Shown here piece by piece: positions 1 to 11,860 of a DNA stretch of 34,036 nt (its first letter is position 1; every line of letters begins with the position of its first letter). The notes below the pieces were generated by a model that worked only from the letters and a program-made list of their open reading frames with translations, searched no databases and had not been told where the DNA came from. Source of the stretch: Catajapyx aquilonaris (taxonomy: Eukaryota); contig KZ539081.1 in the NCBI GenBank assembly GCA_000934665.2, positions 1-34,036 on the forward strand, written 5' to 3'. The translations under genes and the position numbers were made by a program.

Positions 1-297
1 CCCCCCCCCCCCCCTCCAAAAAACAAAGCAAAGCAAAGAAGAAAAAAAAAACTATACACAGCCTTAGCACTGTACGGAATCGTATTAACACGCCGCATCC
101 TTTAGCATGCATGGGGCAATAAATACATATTTGGGCCTGAAACCCTAAACTGTGGGCCCGCTGCTTCAAACCAGTCGTAAAACAGGATTACTCACTAACT
201 ACGCACTTGAGCTGACCTTGACCCGGTAAAAAAAAATTGGCTGCAGGCAACAATCTTGCAATGTACAGGTTAATTCGCATGTACAAAGAGTCGTTAC

Positions 298-317
298 CTG
301 ACACGCTTCCGAGACAT
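298..317 (-). CDS. candidate short alternative first coding exon, MSRKRV + 2 nt (phase-2 donor)
   Basis: Minus strand reads ATG TCT CGG AAG CGT GTC AG|GTAACG. The donor is good and the phase matches the 20216 exon, but the exon is very short and could be chance. Confidence 0.3.
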
Positions 318-2767
318 CACCAGCTGCACCCCCTCCCCCGCCCCACACACACGTGACCTTCACTTACCCTCCAAAACCAGACCAATGCACTCCTAGCTCA
401 ATTGCAATTGAGGCTCCTTCCACCCATCCCTTGCCCCGGCGACAACGCGCATCATCCCACCACCCCCCCAAAAAACCTGTCTTATACACCACGGCGTCGT
501 CTCATCTTGATACTTTGTATCCCTTCGCGTATTACAGGCCGGAGATTAATATCAGCAGGACCTATAAATGTATGAGCCGAGATTAATGGCCGCCCACGGT
601 TTTTGCGCTGAGCACTGTGTTGGCATTTCGCTGATTCGGCATAACTCACCCTGGGAGGAGGCGGTACTGTAGCAATATTCACCTGGTCTTATCTCATGCC
701 TCGACGACACTCACTTTTTCAGGACTTGCCCAGACTACACTTGACGCGACTGTTGATTTGAATCACTTATACAACCTTGATAGAGCCGTGCACAAGGTTT
801 ATGCAGTGTGATATGACAATAACCCCCTCCTCCAATGGTGCCCGATCCGCATCGGCTGCTGTTATTTCATAGCGCTTCAACTGTTTTCTCTTTGCCTGAT
901 TTCCCATATATCTGCAAGCTGGCCGGCGGTGGCACACCTATTCAGCCATTGGTACCGCACATGGTACTTTCCCACTGATAACCATGCACGTGCCGCAATT
1001 TGTACCCCTCTACACCCCCATACCCACCCACTCTCACTAGTCATCCTTCCGCAGCATTAAGCATCAGCTCACATCAATGCCATGCACTTCAAAGAATGAG
1101 TATAACTATACAGAGGTACTGTACACTGGGCACGATGCACCGCATTGGAGGAATGACTCGAATAATATTTCCCCTATTTGATCACGCAGTCTGGGTTATA
1201 ATGTATATGGTAGGTGCAAACGTAACAATGGGTGTCTCTGGCTATTGCTACGTACGAGAACTGCATCGCTCTCATGTCATGTCATGGTATAATAAGGGAG
1301 CAATTCCGGGGTACTAAATTCTTCAGTCGGCATCCTCCCGGTATGTACGCCAACTGTGTCTAAATCACTGGAAAAAGGACATGTGGCCTTGCATGTATCT
1401 GGCGACAAACTTGTTGTATACACGGCATTGGTTTACGGGCCTACTTGCCTCGCTTCCATTTCATATTGACCTACATCCTATCGCATTGGTATTAACCGCT
1501 GTTATGATATCAGCAGTAATAAAGTCGATTCACCCCAAAAATCTGACAAAAAAATGGGAATTCCATTCGGAATGGTCGTGCACTTGAAAGTTCACTTCGC
1601 ATCATTCACAAATAGCAAAAGTAAATAAACAGACAACAAAATTGCGGGTGTTCGTTACCTGAACCCAATGACAATAGCATGCAAGCTCTATATACGTAGC
1701 CCGCTGCAAAGGTGTATCGCATAAAAGACTTTCAAAATCGACAGCACCAGGCTCNCCCCCCACAGGGTACGCTCGATAACAGCGACCAAACTTTAAAGAC
1801 AGGATACGCTATACATATGTATGAAGTGGATTAATTTCTGCCAAAGGTGCATATATAGAATTCATTGCAACAATGGGATACAAAAGACATCATTATAATA
1901 TTTAACTACTGGAAAGTTACGTCCACCTGTAAGGTGCAACTGCTTTTTTTTCTTACACTGGAAAAATGTACGCCTCTAGACCTACTTTTCCATAACAAAA
2001 TAGGATATTGCGAGCTGCCAGTGCGGAAACTTGTTGTTTACAATAACGTTATTGTGCCCAAGTCCTTACTCCCCTTTTAACTCCCAGCATACTTATACTA
2101 GCATGCTTGCAAACAAACAAAAAACTATTATCCCACAAAATAACCGAACACCATATGGCAATGTCACTGCATTAAAAATGACTATTCCCTGCAGGGGGGC
2201 TTTTAAAAAAGTATGTCTATCTCAAAAGTTATGACGTGCCAGGATCACTGATATTGACAAACACGCCGCCAGCAAACGACGAGTTCCGTGAACCACATTC
2301 AATTAATTATATCATCGATACACTCTACTACAAGGAGAATAAACTCGCACTCTAAGGTTCCCCAAAAATTCTCGCAACCTGAACATTCAAACCATCTTCA
2401 GAACTGTTTTATAAGTGCCAGTGCCGTCGCGTCGGCACAGAATTAAATCACACGAAATAGATTGAATTTAAGTCTCGGTCGAATAAGGTTCTTAGCTAGG
2501 AAATCAAGCCTAAATCAAAGGGAATTCGGTTGGGATCAAAAGAAATCGACTCGATTTAAAAAAAAAAACAAAAAAATCCTACAATACCTGTCACAATCTA
2601 TGAATAGTTTGGCGTATACAGCAACTTTCTGCAAAGACGACCTGTGAATTTCACCTCCTGATAGAACTGTGAACATGCTGGTGACGTCGTTTACACAGGT
2701 TGATGTTCTTTCGTGATAAAACATATCTGCATCAATACCGCATTTATTTCTCAATTTTATACTTATA

Positions 2768-3119
2768 GGGGGAGGCGCTGTGGCGTTGCGGTAACGTATG
2801 CGCCCACGGATGGAAGGGTCACGGTTCGATCCTAGCCCGGGCTCTCCCCCCTTCATCTCGTGCAGAGTTGGGTCGTCTCTGGCTTCGTCTCGGGTGGAAT
2901 CTCCGACAGACTAATCCACCAAGGGGGAGTTCACGAAATGTACCGTTTGAGACAGTGCACTTGTACTTGGCACATCCCCTCCCAGTCACCCTGTCCTTGC
3001 ACCAGAGCGATTCGTAAAAAGGCTCCACCCAGGTGAAAATAAGCCTGAAAGCAAAAAGGTTCCCCAAAAAGGGCCAATGTGGCTCATCACGGGGTAAGTT
3101 AAATAATTTAAAAAATGAA
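2768..3119 (+). mobile_element. tRNA-derived SINE, family A, copy 1
   Basis: GGGGGAGGCG start, A-box-like TGGCGTTGCGG and B-box GGTTCGATCC. About 215 nt of head and core are shared with the copies at 8425 and 9318. A-rich end; 7-bp direct repeat ACTTATA at 2761-2767 and 3120-3126 (probable TSD). Confidence 0.9.
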
Positions 3120-4429
3120 ACTTATAACCTTGTTACCTGAAGCTTTTGACTTCATAGAAACCGATGTACTTGTTATGTCGTACTTACGGACTCGGAATCA
3201 GCAGGTAGCGATTTAGTCGAGTTGTAGATCTCCCGATTCAGCCTTCACTGTACAAGCTGTTCATAATGACTACCAACTGTGGCCAATTTTCTCCTTATCG
3301 CACAACCATTATTATTGCAATTAACAACAATAATTGATGCCGGAAAAATACATTATTCAAGACAAGCTTATATAAGCAGTTTTTGTGTAAAAATTATTAC
3401 TTACGCACGCGTAGCAATGAGTTGGCAAAAAAAAATTGTATCACGCAACATCTCCCGTGTACAGTACTCCAAGCTGATATTGCCAGCATGCTAAAAAAAT
3501 GTGTTGCACTCGGCGCAACTGATTTTTAAAATAATAGTAATATTAAGGTCAAACCGTTCGTGAAAGATCCAAGTGTACACCATGACGTCCTATACAGCGC
3601 GTAATGAAGTGTAATGAAACCTATGAAGCTTCTCCTAGTCGGGCTCCTTCACGGGGTTATACTGTTACTGATGATGCAGGACCTGAGAATGCACAGCCTG
3701 AATAACTTTACTTTGGAGCACTTGCCTTTGATCATCGTACTATGTAATGGGTAACCAAGGAAAACTCTCTGGGCGGATAGTTATTCACGCTGTGCATTCC
3801 AATGGCGTTAGATGCTACATTAGTAACGTGATTTCTTCAGGAATCCCTCACTCTCTCCAAATAGTTATACTACTTTGTTACAGCTATTTATTAATGAAAT
3901 TCTTCCGTTCAAACAGCTACACATACCAAGTGTCCCCATAGCCGCTGGTAAAATAACTACATAAGTGCTGTAATTTAACAGTTTTAGCATAATATTCTCA
4001 AAGATATCGCACCTGTCAATGTGGCATAATCATTAAAATGTATCACATCACTTGAGAGGTATTCGCTGAATAGCTATACAGAGGCAATAAGCCGACTGCA
4101 ACTAGACACACATACTTTACATACTCAAACATCAAAGGCAGGCAATATCCTACAAACCTTCAGAAATGCATATACTGTAATAAGGCAGCTTACCCGAGTG
4201 TATAAATATGCTCCTTCTGCCCATATCTCTCTCGAATTTCTGACACAAACCAGACTGCCAATAGAGTTAGACCGAGTGTGCCGCGAATTCATACTGTATC
4301 CGGCATGCAAGTTCTTAAGCACATATCCGCCCTTGACTGCACATAAGAACCTCCATAATGAGCCCCAAGCATGCCCCCAAACGCAAAGCTTACGGCTATA
4401 CAAAGTAGGTGTCCCAGTTACAGAATACG

Positions 4430-4720
4430 GTCATCCTAGTTCCAGACGAATATGTACGGTGTATGCACGGTGTATACACGGTGTTTCTCTTCCAAAGGTG
4501 GCGGTCAGAAGATGGCACGTGGGGAACGGTTGATGGATTAGTCTCTCCCTGACCTTGTAAACAAAGTTGGTGGCTCGCAAAAAAGGTCTGGACTGGAACG
4601 TCCGAATGCGGACCAGGGATGACTCATCTATCAACTCTCTCTTCGGAACGTCCACTTGGGCAGAGACACACGATTCTAGACCGAATCTATTATGACCTCC
4701 ATAGTCCAGTGACTACAACG
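4430..4720 (-). mobile_element. decayed I-group (I/Nimb-like) LINE fragment, post-RT region
   Basis: Minus translation SLDYGG is followed about 30 codons later by a frameshifted G-AF-RT-PVQT, resembling the I-group 'LDYG...GAFRTSPV' motifs. Confidence 0.45.
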
Positions 4721-5454
4721 CCCATTTTTCAGCCGTGCTATAAATACACCTAACAAAATTGGTGGTTTATGACCCTCAAAACAGACCATTAGAATGCAAA
4801 AAGATTTTATTCTCAACTAATTAGCTAGCTCTATTTTCATGGCCAAAGTCATAAAATTCCACTAGTTAAACACTTCGTTGACGCCATAAAACGCCCGATG
4901 TTAAAAAGATATACGCAGGGGTGTGTATGAGTTCGTGACAACAACCTGCTTTCGACCAAGCTTACCGTTGTTTCCAATGAATGGAAACCCCCCACTCAAT
5001 GAATCAGTGATCGATAGTTGCATTCGGCCATTCCTTAAATAATCCCCAAAGAAACAAATATAGCCAACACATGCATATAAACATCAGGTGATCAACTATT
5101 ACGCGTACCCACTCTTGCTACACCTTACGCAAGCCCCGACCAGATCCTTTCACACCCCCTTAATATTAAATTTAAATTCGATTGGCCCAATGTATGAGGG
5201 TGAGTATATAAGATGATGCTGGGACATTGAACCCTCAAAAATTTTCGGGACGGGGATGGGGAGGGCGTCTTCAAAATTTATGCCCGGAACGAAACCACCG
5301 CGAATGGAGAGAAAAAAGGGCCGATGACCCTACGTATCACAAAACCCCTTCCCTAAAACGTACGAAGAAAACTTTCAGAGTTGCCAACACGCCAAGTCTC
5401 CCCCCACCGAAAAAGAAAAACTTCTTCCCAACCTTCGCATGTGTTTTTTTTTTT

Positions 5455-5539
5455 NNNNNNNNNNNNNNNNNNNNNNNNNNNNNNNNNNNNNNNNNNNNNN
5501 NNNNNNNNNNNNNNNNNNNNNNNNNNNNNNNNNNNNNNN
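5455..5539. other. assembly gap (N run)
   Basis: Run of N after poly-T and shortly before poly-C tracts. Confidence 1.
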
Positions 5540-6549
5540 TGACCCCCGTTATCCCCCCCCCCCCCCCTCCCCTGCCCCCCTACCTTCCCGCCACTATTTT
5601 TTTTTCTTCTTCTTTACGTATTGCTATTCCTTGCTGAAAGTAAAGGAAACCGAAGGATCCTGACCGCTATATAAGCTTGCATTTGCCAATTACGGACGGT
5701 TAATATGGTGTATCCCTGTTCGTTCCGGCTTTGTAAGCACAAGAAAATGGCTCTTCAACAACGTCTGTATAACAAGATTCCGGTATATAATTGAGACAAG
5801 AGGCCTGTAGAAAGCGGATTACCCGAATTTTCCCTTGGCTTGGGAGTTATAATTTTTTATATGTACAAGTACGTATTATACGAGTCATCCTACAGAGTAT
5901 CGGAAAAATCGGTGGGAATGAACCGAATCGGTGAGAAATCAACATAGTTATTTGCGTATACAAGTTGGGAATTTTCAAGGTCTGCCATGCTATTCCGCGG
6001 AAAGAAACTGTAGATATACTATTGTGCTTACAAAATATATGGCAAGAAATTACTCATTATAATTAGCACAATTAATCCCAAATATGCTGATACTGACGTC
6101 ATGGCGATGTCTTTCGATGCGATTTCGAGTTGTAGGGTTGTGATACTTGAATTACTACTGAAGTGTGAAGAGTGTTGTAATTGTTGAGCTATTATTTGAC
6201 TTGCAAAATGTCGGGGTCAAGCCAAAATATGGACTCTGATTCCTTGCATCTCCAGATTCCTTATCTCAAAAACGCTAAAAATCGACTTATGAGGCGTAAG
6301 CACCGCTGAGATATAGTAACACAATAGGCTATTCTGTCGAGTGCGTTTAGACGGAATACTAACCATACAGCAATACTTGTTTAGGTTATTCTCTTATCAA
6401 GCGTTGTTATTACCACTCCTTACAACGCAACAGCAGTAAAATTCAATTCCATTTTCAAACCAGGATGAGAGATTCCCGGGAAGGGCCCGAATAATCCCAG
6501 GATGGATTCCCATGCCATACACAACACACATACACTGCAAGCCACGCGA

Positions 6550-7600
6550 ATCCGTTATCAAAGTTCCACCTCTGACAACGTAACTATTTGTTAGAAATCG
6601 CGTGCAAATCGGCAACGGCAACAAGCCTGGCCCTGACCATGGTCACGGAATCGGAAACTAACGTAACAGCCAGTTACGCGTATTTTTCCCCTTTCCTTAG
6701 AATATGCGCCACAATTTTTATACCTTCCGAGATTCATCCTTCAAAACGCATCCCATCATGGCCGCCATATTGCGCAGGACACGATGCGCAATCATACATT
6801 TACTGGAGGTAATATGAACAAGTCCGGATCGCATATGGCTGGACTGATATGCTCTAGCCTTAGCAGTTAGTATAGACTATAGAACAAAGTATTTATCGCA
6901 TGTCAGCAAGATTATCGCCAGCCATAGACCTATTCGCCTTGAACTATACAGTTCTAATTACGGAACCAGATTGCGCTTTTTTTCTTCTTTTTTTCGAAAA
7001 AACATTCCTCAAGACCGTCGAGTTCGGGATTGAACACATTCTTGTATACATGCCTGGTTCAACCACACCTAAACGTGTCGAGAACAAAAATAGACAATAT
7101 TCCGCAGTTATACAAGGTAACAACCTTCACTCAATGGACCTTGCACGGGTTTGCACCCATTCCTTCAACCAATGATATCAAAATATTATCGGGGTTACGT
7201 CAATATTCGAGCTATGTTTCCACCGCTGGATAAAGCCCGAGTTATGTTGCTGATCATCGCCCCGCGATCGCGAATACACAGGACAGTGGATTGCCCCTAT
7301 TTGAATACCTGCCAAACTCTGGTCTGGAACCACCCTCCGATCTGCTGGAAAGAAGGTTGACCCGAAATTTATACATATACATCCAATCCCTGCCCCACTG
7401 TGAATGACCTGCCCTTTGTGCAGAGAGGGGAAAAACCGGGTTTAATTCGAGCCACGGCCGCAACCCCGCATCACCCAATCGAGTACTGGTGGTGATAGCC
7501 TCATGAAATGCTCATCTGACCCCCTACCAGGAAACCCGATGTAATTACTATTTTACTGCTTCGCATCAAGTTCCGTCCTTCGGGTACCACCGGTGACGCC
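6550..7600 (+). mobile_element. decayed Penelope-like element (PLE) reverse transcriptase
   Basis: Frameshifted motifs in PLE order and spacing: FY-LP-IHPSKRIP-P (~6715; cf. FYGLPKIHK..P.RP), AIDLFALNYT (~6921; motif A), RQYSAVIQG..HSMDLA (~7092; motif B'), KYYRGYVNI (~7180; cf. YRRYVDDI), CPYLNT (~7291; cf. LPFLD) and Y-RKP..NYYFTASH (~7526; cf. YRKP..YL..S.HP). Confidence 0.65.
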
Positions 7601-8179
7601 GAAACACAAAAACTCAAGTTTCCCCATATACCGTACATGATTATGGTGGACATCTCGGGATTTTACGAGGGATGTCCGGTAGCCATCTTGAATATTGTGG
7701 TCACCCAACCGCCCATCACCCCACCCCCACATCAGGGCAGGGTTATTGCCTGCAAAACCTATGAGCAAGATCCCAGGACCTCGATTCAAGACTGATAACG
7801 TAATTCTCAAGATTCCCTATTGGTAAGGAATACTAACAGAGTGATCATAAGCTCCCGTAGTAACTTCCTAGGAGCCTGTGCCATCTTGGACCAAACCTGA
7901 CAGTTACCCCAAGAAAATAGCTTTTAGTTGCTATGTGCATGTATCTTCTGACAACGGTACAGCCAATCATAATAGACATTACAAGTTCTTCGTTGGTGCT
8001 CTTTGCCCAGTATAATCGCATCCAGCCCCGTTTGGCCGCTTCAGATCCGGTAACTCGATCCATAATGGGTGCCATGCACTACAAAATGGGTGACCGTCTG
8101 ATCCCAAAATGGTGAAGGCCATGATGGCAGTTAGTCCTGCAGGCTTTCACTTGTCCGATGCCCCCAGTTCATCAGCAAC

Positions 8180-8340
8180 ACATTTCTCGCGGGAGTGATG
8201 GACACTTTACGACCCTGCGAGCCAAGGGGCTTTACTTCTCCATGTCGACATTTGTAACCCATAAATCTGTACTGTGGAGGGTGGTGGAGGCGGGGGAGTC
8301 AGAGAACGTGTACAGTACGTTGCATACACATACGTCATGC
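8180..8340 (+). mobile_element. possible CR1-like LINE 3' end remnant
   Basis: SRG...KGLYFS..FV...VLWRVVEAGES...L resembles the CR1 C-terminus (TRGH..FFS.RVV..WN.LP..VVEA.S...FK..LD). Confidence 0.3.
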
Positions 8341-8424
8341 TGCACTCGCCTAAAATAACAACCATTCCGCACATTGCCACGCAAAGAGGTCTTCCACATG
8401 CTTCGGTTAGTACAACACCTCATA

Positions 8425-8776
8425 GGGGAGGCGGAGTGGTACTGCGGTAACGTATGCGCCCACGGATGTTAAGGTCCCGGGTTCGATCCCAGCCGGGGGA
8501 CACCCCCTTCATCTCGTGCAGAGTTCAGGGTCATCTCTGGCTTCGTCTCGGGTGGTATTTCCAATAGACTAAACCACCCGGGGGAGTTCACTAAAAATGG
8601 CCACATGAAGACATTGCACTGCACCTTGCACATCCCCTCCTGTCATCCTGCCCGTGGGCCCGGGCACTTCAAAAATATGGTCTATGTACTACAAGTTACA
8701 ATAAAGGTCCGTGCCGCATACCCTATAGGGTCAGGCACTACCCAAGAATTATTATTATTATTGTTATTATTATTAT
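8425..8776 (+). mobile_element. tRNA-derived SINE, family A, copy 2, (TTA)n tail
   Basis: Same head and core as the 2768 copy, with B-box GGTTCGATCC. (TTA)n tail at ~8749-8778; direct repeat TACAACACCTC at 8411-8421 and 8777-8787. Confidence 0.92.
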
Positions 8777-8980
8777 TACAACACCTCTATGACATGGCTT
8801 GATACCGAACTCAATATGTCGCCATTTTTCCCCCACTGCAAGTTACATATTCGTTCTTATTTGCGTGAATTGCATGTTAACACGACCCTGAGAAAAACTG
8901 CGGGAATGGTCAAAATGACCTACATATTTGAAGCCTACATATTGATAGCCAAATATCTGCATACATTGGTAACTAATATT

Positions 8981-9318
8981 TTTTTTTTCATTACCCCACG
9001 GGGGGAGTTATGCTACTCCTTAGGGGGGGTGGGTTACCACCATTGGAATTTGATTTTTGGAGCGAGTTTAAGAAGATCTTAATTAGTGTACTCCAAGGGT
9101 GGGTGGGAGGGGATGTGCAAAGTGCAAGTGCAATGTCTCTAATCGTCATTTTGTGAACTCCCCCGGGTGGCTTAGTCTATCGGAAATTGCCACCCGAAAC
9201 GAAGCCAGAGATGGCCCAACTCTGCACGAAAGAAGGTGGGAACCCCGGGTGGGGATTGAACCCGGGACCTTAACTTCCGTGGGCGCGCGCGTTACCGCGG
9301 CGCCACTCCGTCTCCCCC
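8981..9318 (-). mobile_element. tRNA-derived SINE, family A, copy 3, poly-A tail
   Basis: Reverse complement matches the head and core of copies 1 and 2 (B-box GGTTCAATCC). Poly-A tail; perfect 16-bp TSD ATTGGTAACTAATATT at 8965-8980 and 9319-9334. Confidence 0.95.
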
Positions 9319-11339
9319 ATTGGTAACTAATATTAAGAACATGGTTGTCCTCCTACTGTCACAATAATCTGGCATGGCTGAGATACTTTGAGGGATATTC
9401 ACATGCATAAACATCAGTTCAACGCGGTTCAACGTATTAATTTTTGACACACAGTAATTGAGTAGCACGCGGTTTGAATATCGGCAGAGTCAATGAGCAG
9501 GAAAATAATGGGATCTTGACAGCCAGTTATCCAAACACTTACTTGAAAAATCAAGCCGCTTAATAATGAGTGTATCGCCTTTGCTGCCTCATCCTGTACG
9601 CCTGTGCTACAGTTCTGCAGATAATAAAGCACTTGTGCAATACACTGTATAAGGCATAAGGCGTACGCCATTTTGGGATTAGGTGAACTCATATGTACAC
9701 GGATAATCATACGCGTATTGTGCAATAAAGCTGACACCACAACACAAGACAATAGACATTGTGTACTAGAGCAATTAAAATGTGACGATTTGACACATGT
9801 GTTTCATTTCAGCTAGAGTCGCGAAGGTGAAGTTTCACTGCGACCCCGAAGGCAAAACTATATTCTGAGCCAAATTAACTCGCGGGCACTAATTATCCGT
9901 CCGCGTTTTCGCTTCATTTAAAACTAACGTCAATTCTAATATGAAAGCCGCACCCAAAAATGAACATCAAAGAGTCCAAACAAATTGCATATCGCGTTTT
10001 GCACTCGACAGTTTGTCGCACTAATTAATTACACCTGTTTTTGAGTGACATCTTTTGTTAGGTCTCTTCAGTGCAAGTGCTTTCAAAACCGGGACTAAAC
10101 ACTGTTCGCGAAATAAAACGCCATCTCGTTTCACGAGCTTTTCCACGATCTTGCGGAACCTTCACTAAATAAATCGACAGTTACACAAGTCCTGATTCCA
10201 TTACGTCGAAAGACCCGACTTTGATTCCTCGTTTGCTCTCTCGCTGCCATCATCAAGCGCAATTTTCAACCTTGATATTTCAGATCATACCTGCTACCTG
10301 CTTCTGTAATACACCGGATCGCCGTCTGCTCATTTGGCGCACCTGAATGTCCCGCATGCACAGTGATGCCAGCGGAAAACAGGATACATGGACAACTCAC
10401 ACCCAAGCAACCTCCTCAAATAATAAAAAGTGGATATGTGGCTTTTTGCTCACACTACGCGAGATAATTATGTGTTTACAAACTCAAAGAATTTGCCAAC
10501 TCTGCAGGATATGACTACATACGGTACAGCAATACCACCACCTTTTTTTCTCGATCTCTTTCTAATGTAAATTCCGCCCACGCCTTCGAGACAAACCTTG
10601 CAGATGCCCCTGACATTCGCCAATCTAATATAAAACTGGTTGTAAAGATCAATTCGGTGCCTGCAAACTGACGTTCGGCTAAAATGACACGGAAATTGTT
10701 CGTTTCTAATAGGCAGTTTGATTCTAACACTAATTTCCTGACACTGACACTGACATCGTCAATTTTTGATAGGTTAATATTGCAATCCGAAGGCATGCAA
10801 TTAGAGCTATTATTTAAAGACACTCGACCGCATTAATTTTCCTAATCAATCAAATCGCTTGAAAAGTCATCAATACACGCGTTCCAAAATGGCTTCAGAA
10901 TATTCTAAATATATTTTTGGCACGGTCTGTTCACCGGTCAAGAATTTTCACCTGCCAGCTTCGCGATATGTACCGGCTGCATTTGTCCTAAAACTCCCGT
11001 TCAAACTTAATCCAAACTGCATAAAACCGGCGCAATAACACGCAATTGTTGCCCATTAACCACGGATTTAACTTCAATTATCACTTCATAAAACCGAGCC
11101 TAAACTGTTAATAAACAACTCGTACAGACAGCACTCACATGACATGTGATTGAATTCAAACCAGCGCCCCACAGCCCGCCCGTCACAAAAACCTTCCGAA
11201 ACAAGTGTATTTCAGATCCGCAGGTCAGGTTTTCCCGTTCCCGACTGTACGTTTTTATATAATCGCCTAACAATGATTCCGCTATCGTTTTAAGAACTGA
11301 CCTCGCCGGTTTCAGCACGTACGTAACACCAGCACCTAC

Positions 11340-11398
11340 CTTAGCAACATGTCCATCCTGCCACTGTCCACCATATCGTCGTAATCCAAATTCTCCAT
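11340..11398 (-). CDS. candidate alternative first coding exon, MENLDYDDMVDSGRMDMLL + 2 nt (phase-2 donor)
   Basis: ATCATGG start context, 19 protein-like codons and a CTA AG|GTAGGT donor. A GC-rich promoter-like segment lies ~250-400 nt upstream on the minus strand. Confidence 0.55.
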
Positions 11399-11639
11399 GA
11401 TGAGAGACACACAAAAATCAATTCACTAAACACATCACAAGCGAAACGGGAGACGGCACGACCTATGCCGGACAACTCCAGACAACGTCTACTGTGCCCC
11501 TAACACGATGACACACGGCTAGGAACACCCCAAAACTGTGAATGATACCAGGAGCTTCTCTCCTGACCTCCGCTACGTGTGGTAGCCTCAATGCCACTAT
11601 TGCCCATGACCTACGGTACTGCGCGGAATTGCCAAGTCC

Positions 11640-11860
11640 CTGGAGTTGTATGTAAAGCCGGACCAATCAGGGAGCCCCGTTCTCAGCTCCCGGTGTTGTG
11701 ACGTAGCTGGCAGATTCGCGATAGGCTGCTCGGAGTTTCGCAAAGTGGGTGGACTGGGTGGGCAAAAGGACGTGGGGGCGGACGAGGAGGAGAGACGGAC
11801 GAGGAGGGGGGGTTCAAAATGGGGTGTTTTGTGCACATTCCCCCCTCCCTCCCCCCTCCT
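11640..11860 (-). promoter_or_regulatory. candidate internal promoter for the 11340-11398 exon
   Basis: Locally GC/CpG-rich. CCAAT (GACCAATCAG, 11661-11670), CRE-like TGACGTA (11699-11705), GC box GGGGCGG (11775-11781) and purine/pyrimidine tracts. Confidence 0.45.

Noticed and set aside
362..460. Strong minus-strand donor (GG|GTAAGT) at ~368
   Set aside because: The upstream ATG frames hit stops before the donor; at most a non-coding exon, which I cannot support.
2768..2845. SINE heads (also 8425, 9318, 17650) as real tRNA genes
   Set aside because: No complete acceptor stem or cloverleaf; each continues into a SINE body, tail and TSD.
1655..3190. Minus-strand ATG + donor pairs at ~1659 (MLLSLGS) and ~3137 (MKSKAS)
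   Set aside because: Phase 1 rather than 2, very short, and no other support.
3668..3710. CTGATGA as a hammerhead core (also 18303 on +, and ~16403 and ~30391 on -)
   Set aside because: No GAAA box closing a plausible stem II with matching stems I and III.
7845..8075. Minus ORF with ..PIMDRVTG..STNEEL, faintly RTE-like
   Set aside because: Only one weak motif; not enough to call.
10284..10360. Minus-strand MRDIQVRQMSRRRSGVLQKQVA with GTATGA donor
   Set aside because: Phase 1 (or 0) does not match the other exons and there is no independent evidence. Worth rechecking with RNA-seq.
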